Assembly: GCF_006345805.1 (NCBI RefSeq)
Contig: NC_043017.1
Coordinates: 10,664,001-10,728,000, forward strand
Direction of reading: 5' to 3'
DNA from: Octopus sinensis
Lineage: Eukaryota
DNA length: 64,000 bases
The notes under the pieces: model-generated
Told to the model about the DNA's origin: nothing
Database searches by the model: none
What the model saw: only the letters and a program-made list of their open reading frames with translations
Translations under genes and position numbers: made by a program
Shown here: positions 52,533 to 64,000 of the stretch, one piece after another
Layout: the number at the start of each line of letters is the position of its first letter
Position numbering within the stretch: position 1 is the stretch's first letter

Positions 52533-52885
52533 TAGCGGTATTTTATCTGCCGCTACGTTCTGAGTTCAAATTCTGCCGAGGTCGACTTTGCTTTTCATCC
52601 TTTCGGGGTCGATTAAATAAGTACCAGTTACGCACTGGGGTTGATATAATCGACTTAATCCGTTTGTCTGTCCTTGTTTGTCCTCTCTGTGTTTAGCCCC
52701 GTGTGGGTAGTAAAGAAATAGGTATTTCATCTGTCTTTATGTTCTGAGTTCAAATTCCTCCGAGGTCAACTTTACCTTCCATTCTTTTGGGGGTCAATAG
52801 ATTAAGTACCAGTTGCATACCAGTGTCGATCTAATCGACTGGCCCCCTCCCCAAAAAGTTTGGGTCTTGTGCCTTGAATAGAAAA
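52533..52885 (+). mobile_element. Two tandem 5'-truncated family A SINEs with different tails
   Basis: Two consecutive GTTCTGAGTTCAAATTC..AGTACCAG units. Confidence 0.75.
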
Positions 52886-52887
52886 GA

Positions 52888-53170
52888 ATAAGGAGGCCAG
52901 AAGTTGGGGCTGCTGAAGTTGTAGAAATTCTCCAACAACCATTTCTGACACTTTACAGAGACATAGCCAGGAACCGAATCCTGCTGCCACACATATATCC
53001 TTCTGGCAGCAACCTTCTTTAGCCAGGGTTTGAAACCAGTCTCCAGCAGCTTCCCATAGCTGTTGATCCTGTTCAAAGATGTAGTATGGCATGATGCCAA
53101 CCTCACTGGTGATATACCCAAAAACCATCACAGTTTGAGGCAACTTGGTTTTCATAATGTCCATCACATG
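52888..53170 (-). mobile_element. Tc1/mariner-superfamily transposase fragment
   Basis: VMVFGYITSEVGIMP..PWLKKVAARRIYVWQQDS..QKWLLENF..NFWPP. Confidence 0.75.
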
Positions 53171-53779
53171 TCTTACAGTGACAATATAATCTTTAGAATT
53201 ATATAATCACTATATCGGATATACAACTATATTGTTATTATATTACTATATTGTTATTATATTAGCCAGAGTTTCTACAGCTGGATGCCCTTCCTAACGC
53301 CAACCACTCCGCGAGTGTAGTGCGTAAAAAGCACCCACTACACTCGCGGAGTGGTTGGCGTTAGGAAGGGCATCCAGCTGTAGAAACTCTGCCAGATCAG
53401 ACTGGAGCCTGGTGCAGCCCCTGGCTTCCTAGACCCTGGTTGAACCGTCCAACCCGTGCTAGCGCGGAAAACGGATGTTTAAATGATGATGATTACCTAT
53501 AGAACTGTATAAGCACTATATTTCTTTATATAGTATTATGTAGTCACTGGGTACTATTGACTTTTACTTTTATACTCTGTTCACATAATTGTACAGTTAC
53601 TAGTTTGATAGTAATGTATGAAGTGTAGGATTCATCATATATGAAGGTCATTTTGGTGGGGATGGTAGTGGTATGTTGGCGGGAGGATGGCAGGGCCAGG
53701 ATGTGGCAAAGATGGTGAGTAGTGGTAGCGTTTTGTGATGGTGTTGGTGGTGGCGGTGTTGTTGTTGTTGTTGCTGTTG

Positions 53780-53811
<32 letters not shown>

Positions 53812-54576
53812 GGTGGTGGTAGTGGTGGTGGTGTTGGTGGTGGTTGGAGAGGAGATGGATGAGAGAGTGGTAGCAATTGTGGCAGAGGAGGAGGGGAAGG
53901 AGAAAGAAGAAGAAGAGGAGGGGAAGGAGAAAGAAGAGGAAGAGGAGGGGAAGGAGAAAGAAGTGGAAGAAGAAGAGGAGGGGAAGGAGAAAGAAGAGGA
54001 GGGTAAAGATAGAAAGAGATGAGACGGTGGTGGTGATGGTGGAGGAGGAGGAGGAGATAGTGGAGGTGAAGGTGGCAGCAGTGTTGGTGGTGGTGGTGGT
54101 GGCAGTGGTGGACAAGGAGGAGAAAGGGGAGGACCGTGGTGGTGGTGGTGTTTATTGGTGTTGATGAACTGTAGTGATGGGTGATAGTGGCATTAATGGG
54201 AATCGCATGTAAATTCACCAAATAAACAGACATTACACCCACGCATGCCCACCTCCACACACACACACACACACACATGTAAGACCCCTCCACCACACAC
54301 ATGCAGATACATACATGCATACAAACATGTAAACCTGAAAAAGAGACATGGACATAGACTCACACATACACTCACACTCCTACATGCACAAGCACACACA
54401 TACACACACCTACACACACACAAACACATGTGCACACACTTCTACAGAGACATACACACCTCACACACACATGCACACACACACACACCACACACATGCA
54501 AACACATAAAACCTCACACATAAACGAAGACAGTCAGACAGGTACACACACACACACACTCTCTCACACACACACA

Positions 54577-54609
<33 letters not shown>

Positions 54610-55134
54610 GCACACCCACCCACCAACACACACAATCACATTTGACACACACACTCTCTCACACACACACACTCTCACACACACACACCACCACACACAC
54701 ACACCACACACACACACACAACACCACACACACCCACCCACCAACACACAATCACATGTTGACACACACTCTCTCACACACACACACTCTCTCACACACA
54801 CACACTCACACACACACACAAGCACATACACACCTCCTACAGAGGCAAACACATAACACATCTCTTACATGCAAATATATCAATGTTTACATACAAAGAC
54901 AGACTCACACACACACACACACATGCCTACTCACCTACACTCATGAACACATGCACACACACACATACATACACACACAAACACACACACATGCAGATAC
55001 ATGCATACACACCTCCTACAGAGGCAAGCACATCCTTTACACATATACAAATCTATAAACCCCTCACAAATACAGAGTCACTAACACATACATATACATA
55101 CACATAGACACATACGCTGACATGCTCAATGAAC

Positions 55135-55179
<45 letters not shown>

Positions 55180-55187
55180 TGTGTGTG

Positions 55188-56490
55188 TATGAGACAAAGA
55201 GTAAGAGAGAGAGAGAGTGTGTGTGTATGAGACAAAGAGTAAGAGAGTGAGAGAGTGTGTGTGTATGAGACAAAGAGTAAGAGAGTGAGAGAGTGTGTGT
55301 GTATGAGACAAAGAGTAAGAGAGTGAGAGAGTGTGTGTGTATGAGACAAAGAGTAAGAGAGAGAGAGAGTGTGTGTGTATGAGACAAGAGTAGAGTAGAG
55401 GAGAGTGGTGTGTGTGTGATGAGACAAAGAGTAAGAGAGTGAGAGAGGTGTGTGTGTATGAGACAAAGAGTAGAGAGTGAGAGAGTGTGTGTGTATGAGA
55501 CAAGAGTAAGAGAGTGAGAGAGTGTGTGTGTATGAGACAAAGAGAAGAGAGTGAGAGAGTGTGTGTGTATGAGACAAAGAGTAAGAGAGAGAGAGAGTGT
55601 GTGTGTATGAGACAAAGAGTAAGAGAGTGAGAGAGTGTGTGTGTATGAGACAAAGAGTAAGAGAGTGAGAGAGTGTGTGTGTATGAGACAAAGAGTAAGA
55701 GAGTGAGAGAGTGTGTGGTGTATGAGACAAAGAGTAAGAGAGTGAGAGAGTGTGTGTGTATGAGACAAAGAGTAAGAGAGTGAGAGAGTGTGTGTGTATG
55801 AGACAAAGAGTAAGAGAGAGAGAGAGTGTGTGTGTATGAGACAAAGAGTAAGAGAGTGAGAGAGTGTGTGTGTATGAGACAAAGAGTAAGAGAGTGAGAG
55901 AGTGTGTGTGTATGAGACAAAGAGTAAGAGAGTGAGAGAGTGTGTGTGTATGAGACAAAGAGTAAGAGAGTGAGAGAGTGTGTGTTGTATGAGACAAAGA
56001 GTAAGAGAGTGGAGAGAGTGTGTGTGTATGAGACAAGAGTAAGAGAGTGATGAGAGAGTGTGTGTGTGTATGAGACAAAGAGTAAGAGAGAGAGAGAGAG
56101 TGTGTGTGTATGAGACAAAGAGTAAGAGAGGAGAGAGAGTGGGTGGTATGAGACAAAGAGTAAGAGAGAGAGAGAGTGTGTGTGTATGAGACAAAGAGTA
56201 AGAGAGTGAGAGAGTGTGTGTGTATGAGACAAAGAGTAAGAGAGTGAGAGAGTGTGGGTGTATGAGACAAAGAGTAAGAGAGTGAGAGAGTGTGTGTGTA
56301 TGAGACAAAGAGTAGAGAGTGAGAGAGTGTGTGTGGTATGAGACAAAGAGTAAGAGAGTGAGAGAGTGTGTGTGATGAGACAAAGAGTAAGAGAGTGAGA
56401 GAGTGTGTGTGTATGAGACAAAGAGTAAGAGAGTGAGAGAGTGTGTGTGTATGAGACAAAGAGTAAGAGAGTGAGAGAGAGTGTGTGTGT
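55188..56490 (+). repeat. 38-bp minisatellite, about 34 copies
   Basis: Unit TATGAGACAAAGAGTAAGAGAGTGAGAGAGTGTGTGTG. Confidence 0.95.
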
Positions 56491-56763
56491 GTGAGGGAAG
56501 AGAGTGTGTATGTATGTGTGAGAGTGAGAGACTGTGTGTGTATGAGACAGAGAACAAGAGAGAGAGCGTGTGTGTGTGTGATAGAGAGTGTACGTGTGTG
56601 AGTGTGTATGTGTGTGAGAGAGAGAGAGAGTGTGTGCGTGTGTATGTGTGAGAGAGAGAGAGTGTGTGTGTGTGTGTGTGTGAAAGAGAGAGAGAGAGTG
56701 TGTGTGTGTGTGTATGTGTGTGTGAGAGAGAGAGAGTGTGTGTATGTGTGAGAGAGAGAGAGT

Positions 56764-56794
<31 letters not shown>

Positions 56795-56926
56795 TGTGAG
56801 AGAGAGAGATTGTGTGTATAAGACAGAGCGCAAGAGTGTGTGTGTGTGAGAGAGAGAGAGAGGGAGAGAGAGAGGGAGAGAGAAAGACTGTGTATGAGAC
56901 AGAGAGCAAGAGGGAGTGAGTGTGTA

Positions 56927-56967
<41 letters not shown>

Positions 56968-57161
56968 CTGTGTGTATGAGACAGAGAACAAGAGTGTGTT
57001 TGTATGTATGAAAGAGAGAGAGAAAGAGAGAGACTGTGTGTGTGTGAGAGAGTGTGTGCGCAAGAGAGAGAGAGAGAGAGTGTGTGTGTATATGTATGTG
57101 TGAAAGAGAGAGAGAGACTATGTGTGTGTATGAAACAGAGCAAGAGAAAGGGAAAAAGAAA

Positions 57162-57193
<32 letters not shown>

Positions 57194-57905
57194 AAGAGAG
57201 TGTGTGTGTGTGTGAGAGAGAGAGAGAAAGAAAGTGTGTGTGTGTGTGTGTGTGTCTGCCCCTGTCAGTCCATGTCTGCATATGTGCATAAGAAGCCTGT
57301 AAGATGGCTGCAAGATATTGTAACTGGTCTGATGCAAAAAAGGAGAAAAAATGCTATTGAATATAAAAATATATATATATTGCCAGCAATGAAGCCGAAA
57401 CAAAGAAATTCTGAGACATCTTACATTCCTTAACTTTTAATACTTACAATCGACAAAACCCCCTTTTGGCACCATATTGATTTCTGATTTCTCTTATATA
57501 TGTCAAGCAAACCATAACACTATCCCCCCTATCTCTCTCTGTCATTTCTCACTTTCTATCTATCTATCTCTCTCTCTCTCTCTATCCCTCTCTCTCTGTT
57601 ATCTCTTCCTCTCATTTTCTCATGCTCTATCAATCTCCCTTTCTTTAACCCTCTCTTTTCAAATTTCTCTCTCTCTCTCTCTTTCTCTCTCTCTCACACT
57701 ATCTTCAATTCTTTCTGTCCTTATCTTAGCTTCTTTCTCTATCCTCTCTCCAACTTACTTTCTCTCTCTACCTTATGCTATCTTTATATTTCCATCTATC
57801 TAATCTAAATATCTATATCAGTTTGCTTATCTACATATCTATCTATATACCTACTTATCTACATACCTATGTATGTATCTATTAATTTGTGCAGCAACCT
57901 ATCTA

Positions 57906-57975
<70 letters not shown>

Positions 57976-57978
<3 letters not shown>

Positions 57979-58203
57979 TTCTTTATTACCCACAAGGGGC
58001 TAAACACAGAGGGGACAAACAAGGACAGACATAGGTATTAAGTCGATTACATTGGCCCCAGTGCATACGTAACTGGTACTTAATTTATCGACCCCGAAAG
58101 GATGAAAGGCAAAGTCGACCCCGGTGGAATTTGAACTCACAACGTAACGGCAGACAAAATATCGCTAAGCATTTCGCTAACGTTTCTGCCAGCTCGCTGC
58201 CTT
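57976..58203 (-). mobile_element. tRNA-derived SINE family A
   Basis: Near full-length copy inside a (TCTA)n/(TCTG)n array. Confidence 0.85.
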
Positions 58204-58223
58204 AATCTATCTATCTATCTGCC

Positions 58224-58274
<51 letters not shown>

Positions 58275-58924
58275 TTGTGTTTGTCTGTCTGCTTGTATAC
58301 CTGCCCGCCTGCCTGTCTGTCTTGCTTCAAGAGATATAAAGATTTTAAAACTTTCATGCGAGAGTGGTTACAAAAAAAGAAAAGAAAAAAATGGAGTGTG
58401 ACAGACATCATCATCATCATCATCAACATCCAGTGTTTTAAATCCGGGTTTTGTCTCCATTAACGGAGGTGGCCGGATCTACGTCAATGCCACAATTGTA
58501 ATCTGTTGCGCTTTATGTGTTAAGATCTAAATGTTAATATACGAATGTGAAAGAGAAAGTTGAATAACTGTAAACCTACTTTAGGGCCACCCTGTATATA
58601 TTTATACATAATCCATGCTTTTTCAGAAATAAATGAAAATCTATCTACTTAAGGCACAAGGCCTGAATTTTTGGGGAAGGGGCTTTGTCGATTACATTGA
58701 CCCCAATACTTGACTTCTTCTTTATTTTGCCAATGACTACAACAACAACAACAACAACAATAATTCTTTCTACTAGAGGCTCAAAGTCTGAAATTTTGGG
58801 GTAGGGGCTTAGTTGATTATATCGACCCTAGTACTTAATTTTTTTTTGACTCTGAAAGGATGAAAGACAAAGTCGCCCTCGGTGCAATTTGAACTCAGAA
58901 CATGACAACAGACAAAACACCACT

Positions 58925-59572
58925 AAGAAGCCACATCTTTTTGATTGCGATTAGCAAATCTTTGTATTTTCTGAGCTTATCAAATTCTTTTGCTGAGATA
59001 TCATAGTCACAGGGTATGCCCATGTCAATCAATAAACAAATTTATTGCTTTTGTCTTTCACAACAATATCTGGTTTAATTGCCTTGATGGACCGGTCTGT
59101 ACATACTGGGAAGTCCCAAAGAATATTTACAGCCTCAGGGTGGTGCTTGCACCATTTGTCAGCAGTTTTGATTTTATAATGCCAACACATTATCCAACGT
59201 AGATATTGGCCAACTCTGTCATGTCTTGATTTGTATTCTACAGGTGCTAAACCCTTACATCCAGAGATTAGGTGGTCAACTGTTTCTATCCCATCGTTGC
59301 AGTATCAGCACTTAGGGTCTACACCATTTTTCATCACATTGGCTTGACAGTTCTGAGTCAATAAAGCTCTGATCTTGGGCAGCGAAGATAAAGCCTTCAC
59401 TCTATGCCTTTAGCCCTGAGCTCCGTAGCCACTGATGGGTGTGCTTCTGGTCTACATCAGCTTGTTTGCCATGGGCCACATATTTGCCATGCAGGGGTTT
59501 TTGTTCCCACCTATCAGCCATTTGCTCAAATGTGTTTTGCTTTGCTACTGATTTCACCTTATTATTATCATT
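58925..59572 (-). mobile_element. R4/Dong-type LINE fragment (CCHC finger plus RLE)
   Basis: WEQKPLHGKY..WLRSSGLKA..EGFIFAAQD..KC*YC..ETVDHLISGC..RHDRVG..ILWDFPV.TDRSIKAIKPDIVV..IDMGIPCD..KYKDL. Confidence 0.85.
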
Positions 59573-59585
59573 ATTTTTATTATTA

Positions 59586-60142
59586 TTGAGTGAGAGAGCA
59601 GTGTATGCCGTCAAAGTGACACTGGGGTAAAATATACAAAACCCAGTATACCCATCATGACTACCTGTCTGATAAGGGTACACCAGGCACATGCATCACA
59701 ACCATATGTGAGCGACATGGTGATCTCATATCAAGATAAACAGGGCATGACTTTGCAGGTGGGGCCCAGCTAGAATTTTCTTCAGGTCAAGTAGCCCATC
59801 CCACTCAAAAGGTCCCTGAATATGGGTTGTTTAAGGATGTTGAACAAAACACCCATGTTTCCTGAGGTGAATTCTTCAAACCCCACGGAATTCCTCTCAA
59901 CACATGGCTATGATGCTCCCCCACTACTTCTGCTCATGATCAGAGATGCACATATTGTCAGCCACTAAGGGACATGCTCAAATGGTTAAGGTCAAACAAC
60001 TGACAAGTAAATCTGTGGTATTGAGCAGAATATTTTCTGTAGCCCATCTTTTATACCAAGACAAAACAATGTACATGATAACACTTCCAATTAGTTAAGA
60101 TCAGAAGCCATGAGAGCCACTGCCTGGTATTGCATCTGGGCA
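59586..60142 (-). mobile_element. About 550-bp non-coding interspersed element associated with (TAA)n
   Basis: Homologous pieces at 2270-2460, 3911-4250 (internally deleted), 12150-12442 (3' half) and 61515-61540 (head only). Ends in ctctctcactc(AAT)n. Its family is not identified. Confidence 0.6.
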
Positions 60143-60215
60143 TTTTGATTTGATTTTTTGATTTTCCAGTTTCAGCTAATGAGCTGTGGCCATGCTGGGG
60201 CACCGCCATTTATTA

Positions 60216-60252
<37 letters not shown>

Positions 60253-60831
60253 ATTTAAGGATTGATGTTACTCCTCCAAAAAGTAAAGAAACAATAAGAA
60301 GAGAAATTTTAGGAGACAGGAAGAGAATAACTGATTATGGTTAATTAGGTTCCATAACATAACTACCACTTAATTAAATACTTATTTCATTAAACCCGAC
60401 AAAATAGATGAAAGACACAGTGAACCTTAGCAGGATTTGAACTCAGAATGTAAATGCTTCAGGGTATATTGTCTGTAGAATTATTGATTCTGCCAAATAA
60501 TATTGATTTTTAAATTAGGCAAAAGTCCAAGAATTTTTTGGCACTTCATATTGTGCCAATTTACTGTTTGACTGTCACACCAAAACAACAACAACAACAA
60601 CAACGATAATGATTAGAATTTTTTTTCGTTTTGGCTCAAGGCCAGCAAGGGAGGAGGCAAATTGAATAGATTGACCCTAGGGGTTCTGCTACTTTATTTT
60701 ATTGACCCTGAAACGATGAAAGGCAAAGTCAACCTCAGCAGAATTTGAACTCAGAGCATGAAGATTCAGAAAAAAAGAAAAAAATGCTGCTAAGCATTTT
60801 GTCCAGCATGGTAACAATTCTGCTGACTTGC

Positions 60832-61347
60832 TACCTGGTACCAACATACACCAGAAAAGGTAATGGATGAAAAGGGAAAGGCAAAGATCCCGTGGGACTT
60901 TGACTTCCAGAAAGACAAGATATTAGAGCACTGAAGACCAGATCTAGTAAACTATAGGAGGGACAAGCAAGAGTGCTTAATAATTGACGTGGCAGTGCCA
61001 GGAGACCCTCATATCATCATGAAAGAAAGAGAAAAAGTTGGTAAATATGGAGAGCTGAGAATTGAGATCGCTAAGATGTGGCAGCTACAAGAGTCAAACA
61101 TAATGGTTATCTTTATTGTCGTTGGAGCATTGTGTTGAATAGCACTCAACATGAAGAAACATCTGAAAACTTTAGAAATACCCTACAATCTAGGTGTATT
61201 GCAAAAGTTGGCATTACTTGGAACTGCATTCATATTGTGTAAAGTACTGTCCATTTGAGGTCCTTGTTGTGATTTGACAAAACAGTACAAACCTCTGGTA
61301 GATACAATATCTTCAATCCTCACTGTATTGTATACCGGTGCGACGTC

Positions 61348-61350
<3 letters not shown>
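60832..61350 (+). mobile_element. R4/Dong-type LINE 3' end followed by (TAA)n
   Basis: WYQHTPEKV..KIPWDFDFQKDK..RPDLV..IIDVAVPGD..KYGELRIEIAKMW..VVGAL..LQKLALLGTAFILCKVLSI*, then a 3' UTR and a long TAA array. Confidence 0.85.
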
Positions 61351-61381
<31 letters not shown>

Positions 61382-61477
61382 GTAATAGTAATAATAATAA
61401 TAATAGTAATAGTAATAATAATAATAATAATAATGATAATAATAATAGTAATAATAATAATAATAATAATTATTATA

Positions 61478-61508
<31 letters not shown>

Positions 61509-62181
61509 AAATGCCCTGATGCGATACCAAGCAGTGTCCACTTCTCCGTCCCTTCATGGCCAAAACAGAATTCATTGAGGTGATTTTCTATAGCTGGCTG
61601 TCCTTCCTGTTTCTAGCCCTTACCTGTCTTCAACCTCACCTGTTTCTAATCGAAGTAATATTTTCCAATGACCAGGCATTTTAACATTGATGATTGGCAA
61701 CAGAAGACACTCCTTATGAAGCATTGACACTAGCATTATGTTAAAACAACAAGAACCAAACACACACAAATAAATTCATGCAACACACTCATATATATAT
61801 ATATATAAGTAGTTGAATGAATTATCTTAGTATGGATAATTCGGTTAACCGATACCTGGGTAGCAAATTCACGTCAGAAAAACACGGTTGAAGCTACATG
61901 CCAAGGGCAGAGAACACGTGCTTTCGTGTGGAAATTTGTGTGTTTTTTTTAATACAAATAAATGAAAGAATGGAATATATATATATATATACACACATAT
62001 ATATGTTTGATTTGAAAGCCCCACTAGAATGGGAGAAAGCACTAATACATGATATAAGTTATATGATGTATAAAAACATGTAATATGCAAATAAATATCT
62101 GTAAATATAAAACCATCCGAATTTCTGAGTACCTCATTTCTTCTAATATAAAATACCTGTACATCATCTCCAAACCTTCCA

Positions 62182-62214
<33 letters not shown>

Positions 62215-62287
62215 TACACACACACATATACATACATATATAAAGAATAAAAAGTTTCGAATGGTACACCAATGCACTATGATACAA

Positions 62288-62535
62288 ACAATGGGCTATA
62301 TACCTGCTGCAATTTAGTCATCCATAGTCTGATATGATATTTCGGCATAAAATTCCTTCTTCAGATATTCTTAGATGGAGTCGTTGCTATAATCGGTTTT
62401 CCAACGGCTAAGAAAAGCCATTAGAAAACCGATTATAGCGGCGACTCCATCTAAGAATATCTGAAGAAAGTATTTTATTCCAAAAGATTATCAGACTATG
62501 GATGACTAAATTAGAACAGGTATATAGCCTATTGT
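62288..62535. repeat. Fold-back element with about 105-bp arms
   Basis: GGCTATATACCTG..GATGGAGTCG..AATCGGTTTTC and its inverse. Confidence 0.85.
62331..62370 (-). ncRNA. Minimal hammerhead-like motif in a fold-back arm
   Basis: AUAU-CUGAAGA-A-GGAAUUUUAUGCC-GAA-AUAU-C/AUAU. Stem III is only the 4-nt palindrome AUAU. The copy in the opposite arm has lost G12. Confidence 0.4.
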
Positions 62536-62626
62536 CTGAATTATAGTGCATTGTACCATTTGAAAAATTTATTCTTTATAAACAATACACAATGCTTTAA
62601 GCGAACTACAATACTCTCCTATATAC

Positions 62627-62690
<64 letters not shown>

Positions 62691-62948
62691 ACATATATGA
62701 TGGGCTTCTCTCAGTTTCTGTCTATCAAATCCACTCACAAAGTTTTGCCCAAGATAGTTTTTGAAGTCATTTTCCCTTGTTCCACGTGGTAGGCCTGAAA
62801 CCTTGTACACACACACACATACATTATATTTTATATATATATATTTATATATATATATATATATAACGGGAAGCTTTATGAAAATAGACAAAAGACGAAG
62901 GCAGGTGGAAAACAAACGAACAATTGTATATATATATATATGTACATG

Positions 62949-62999
<51 letters not shown>

Positions 63000-63190
63000 C
63001 AGATGAACCAACTTCACGGCAGGAGGTGCAGATGAGGGCAGCTGCATCGAACTCTCTCATGCACCAAATGGCAGTTGCTAAAAAGCATTCGTGAAGTAAA
63101 ACCATGTAGCAACACCAAATGGCGGTGCCCCAGCATGGCCACAGCTCGTGAGCTGAAACTAGAATCAATTAATCAATCAATCATATATAT

Positions 63191-63433
63191 AACGTAAAGT
63201 GTACTAGCCATCTCAATGTGGCTAGCCACTGGGGGTGGGTGTTACTGAAGCTTTTAGCCCCAGGAGATCATCGTCTCCAGCTGGCTTTAGACACACTTTC
63301 TGTGCCGAATATCAGAAGGGCACAGAAAGTGTGTCTAAAGCCAGCTGGAGACGATGATCTCCTGGGGCTAAAAGCTTCAGTAACACCCACCCCCAGTGGT
63401 TAGCACATTGAGATGGCTAGTACACTTTACGTT
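63191..63433. repeat. Near-perfect fold-back (116/115-bp arms, 12-nt loop)
   Basis: The arms differ by about one indel and one substitution. Confidence 0.9.
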
Positions 63434-63565
63434 GTCGAGCGGTTACTGCTTACATCTTGTTCGGAGATTTATTAGTACATATATATATATATACATATAT
63501 ATACATACATACATATATATATATATATAATATATATATGTGTGTGTGTGGGTGTATATATATAT

Positions 63566-63604
<39 letters not shown>

Positions 63605-64000
63605 GATATATTATATATATATAGAGAGATGGGCAGACAGAGACACAGACAGAAAGACAAAAGAGAGAAACCTAGAACACAGAGCTTCCAGTCTTTGCTT
63701 CCTTCCAACCAATTTCCCCCCCCCACCTCACCAAATTCTTTGATCTCTACTCTGGACACATTGTTCTGATTATTGTGAATATCACATTCCTTTCATCTTT
63801 ATTTGTAGCAGCGTTTAATAAATACATGTTGTTGTTATCATCATCATCATCATCGTCGTCATTATAAATATTTTGCTTTTATTAGAAATATTACATTGTT
63901 GTTGTTGTTGTACTAGAGTAATTTGTCATTGTTGTTGTTGTTATTTGATTTATGGTTTTGCTGCTGTTGTTGTTGTTGTTGTTGTTACTGCTGCCGTTAG

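Noticed and set aside
55053-57403. ORFs of 645-779 aa on the minus strand
   Set aside because: They are translations of the 38-bp minisatellite and (CT/CA)n tracts, which lack stop codons in several frames.
60085-60142. HDV-like pseudoknot at the head of the TAA-associated element
   Set aside because: P1-, P2- and P3-like pairings can be drawn, but the P1.1 GG, P4 and canonical J4/2 are absent, and the pairing is not conserved among copies.
63017-63065. GGUG-CAGAUGA..GAAC..CACC hammerhead look-alike
   Set aside because: Deviations at U4 and A15.1, and G at the cleavage position. More simply explained as a generic hairpin.

Overview
Repeat-dominated eukaryotic DNA, microsatellite-rich, with a 100-N gap at 28662-28761. 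The SINE, LINE and MITE families look like those I associate with octopus; this is an inference that I could not search. One protein-coding gene is well supported: a three-exon, 157-aa claudin/PMP22-superfamily four-TM protein on + (6656-6818, 9451-9594, 12569-12735; both introns phase 1, GT-AG). The rest is mostly decayed mobile DNA: R4/Dong-type, RTE and CR1 LINE fragments, several tRNA-derived and RTE-associated SINE families, Tc1/mariner remnants (one full-length), non-autonomous Helitrons, piggyBac- and hAT-like MITEs, and mini/microsatellites. The most notable observation is about eight type I hammerhead-ribozyme-like motifs (CUGANGA..GAAA..UH) from about seven unrelated sequence contexts. 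Nearly all have a palindromic stem III, and several sit inside short ORF-less fold-back elements. This resembles the minimal dimer-acting hammerheads known from Penelope-like elements and retrozymes. All folds were assigned by eye and none is experimentally tested. Almost all long ORFs in the supplied track are microsatellite artefacts.
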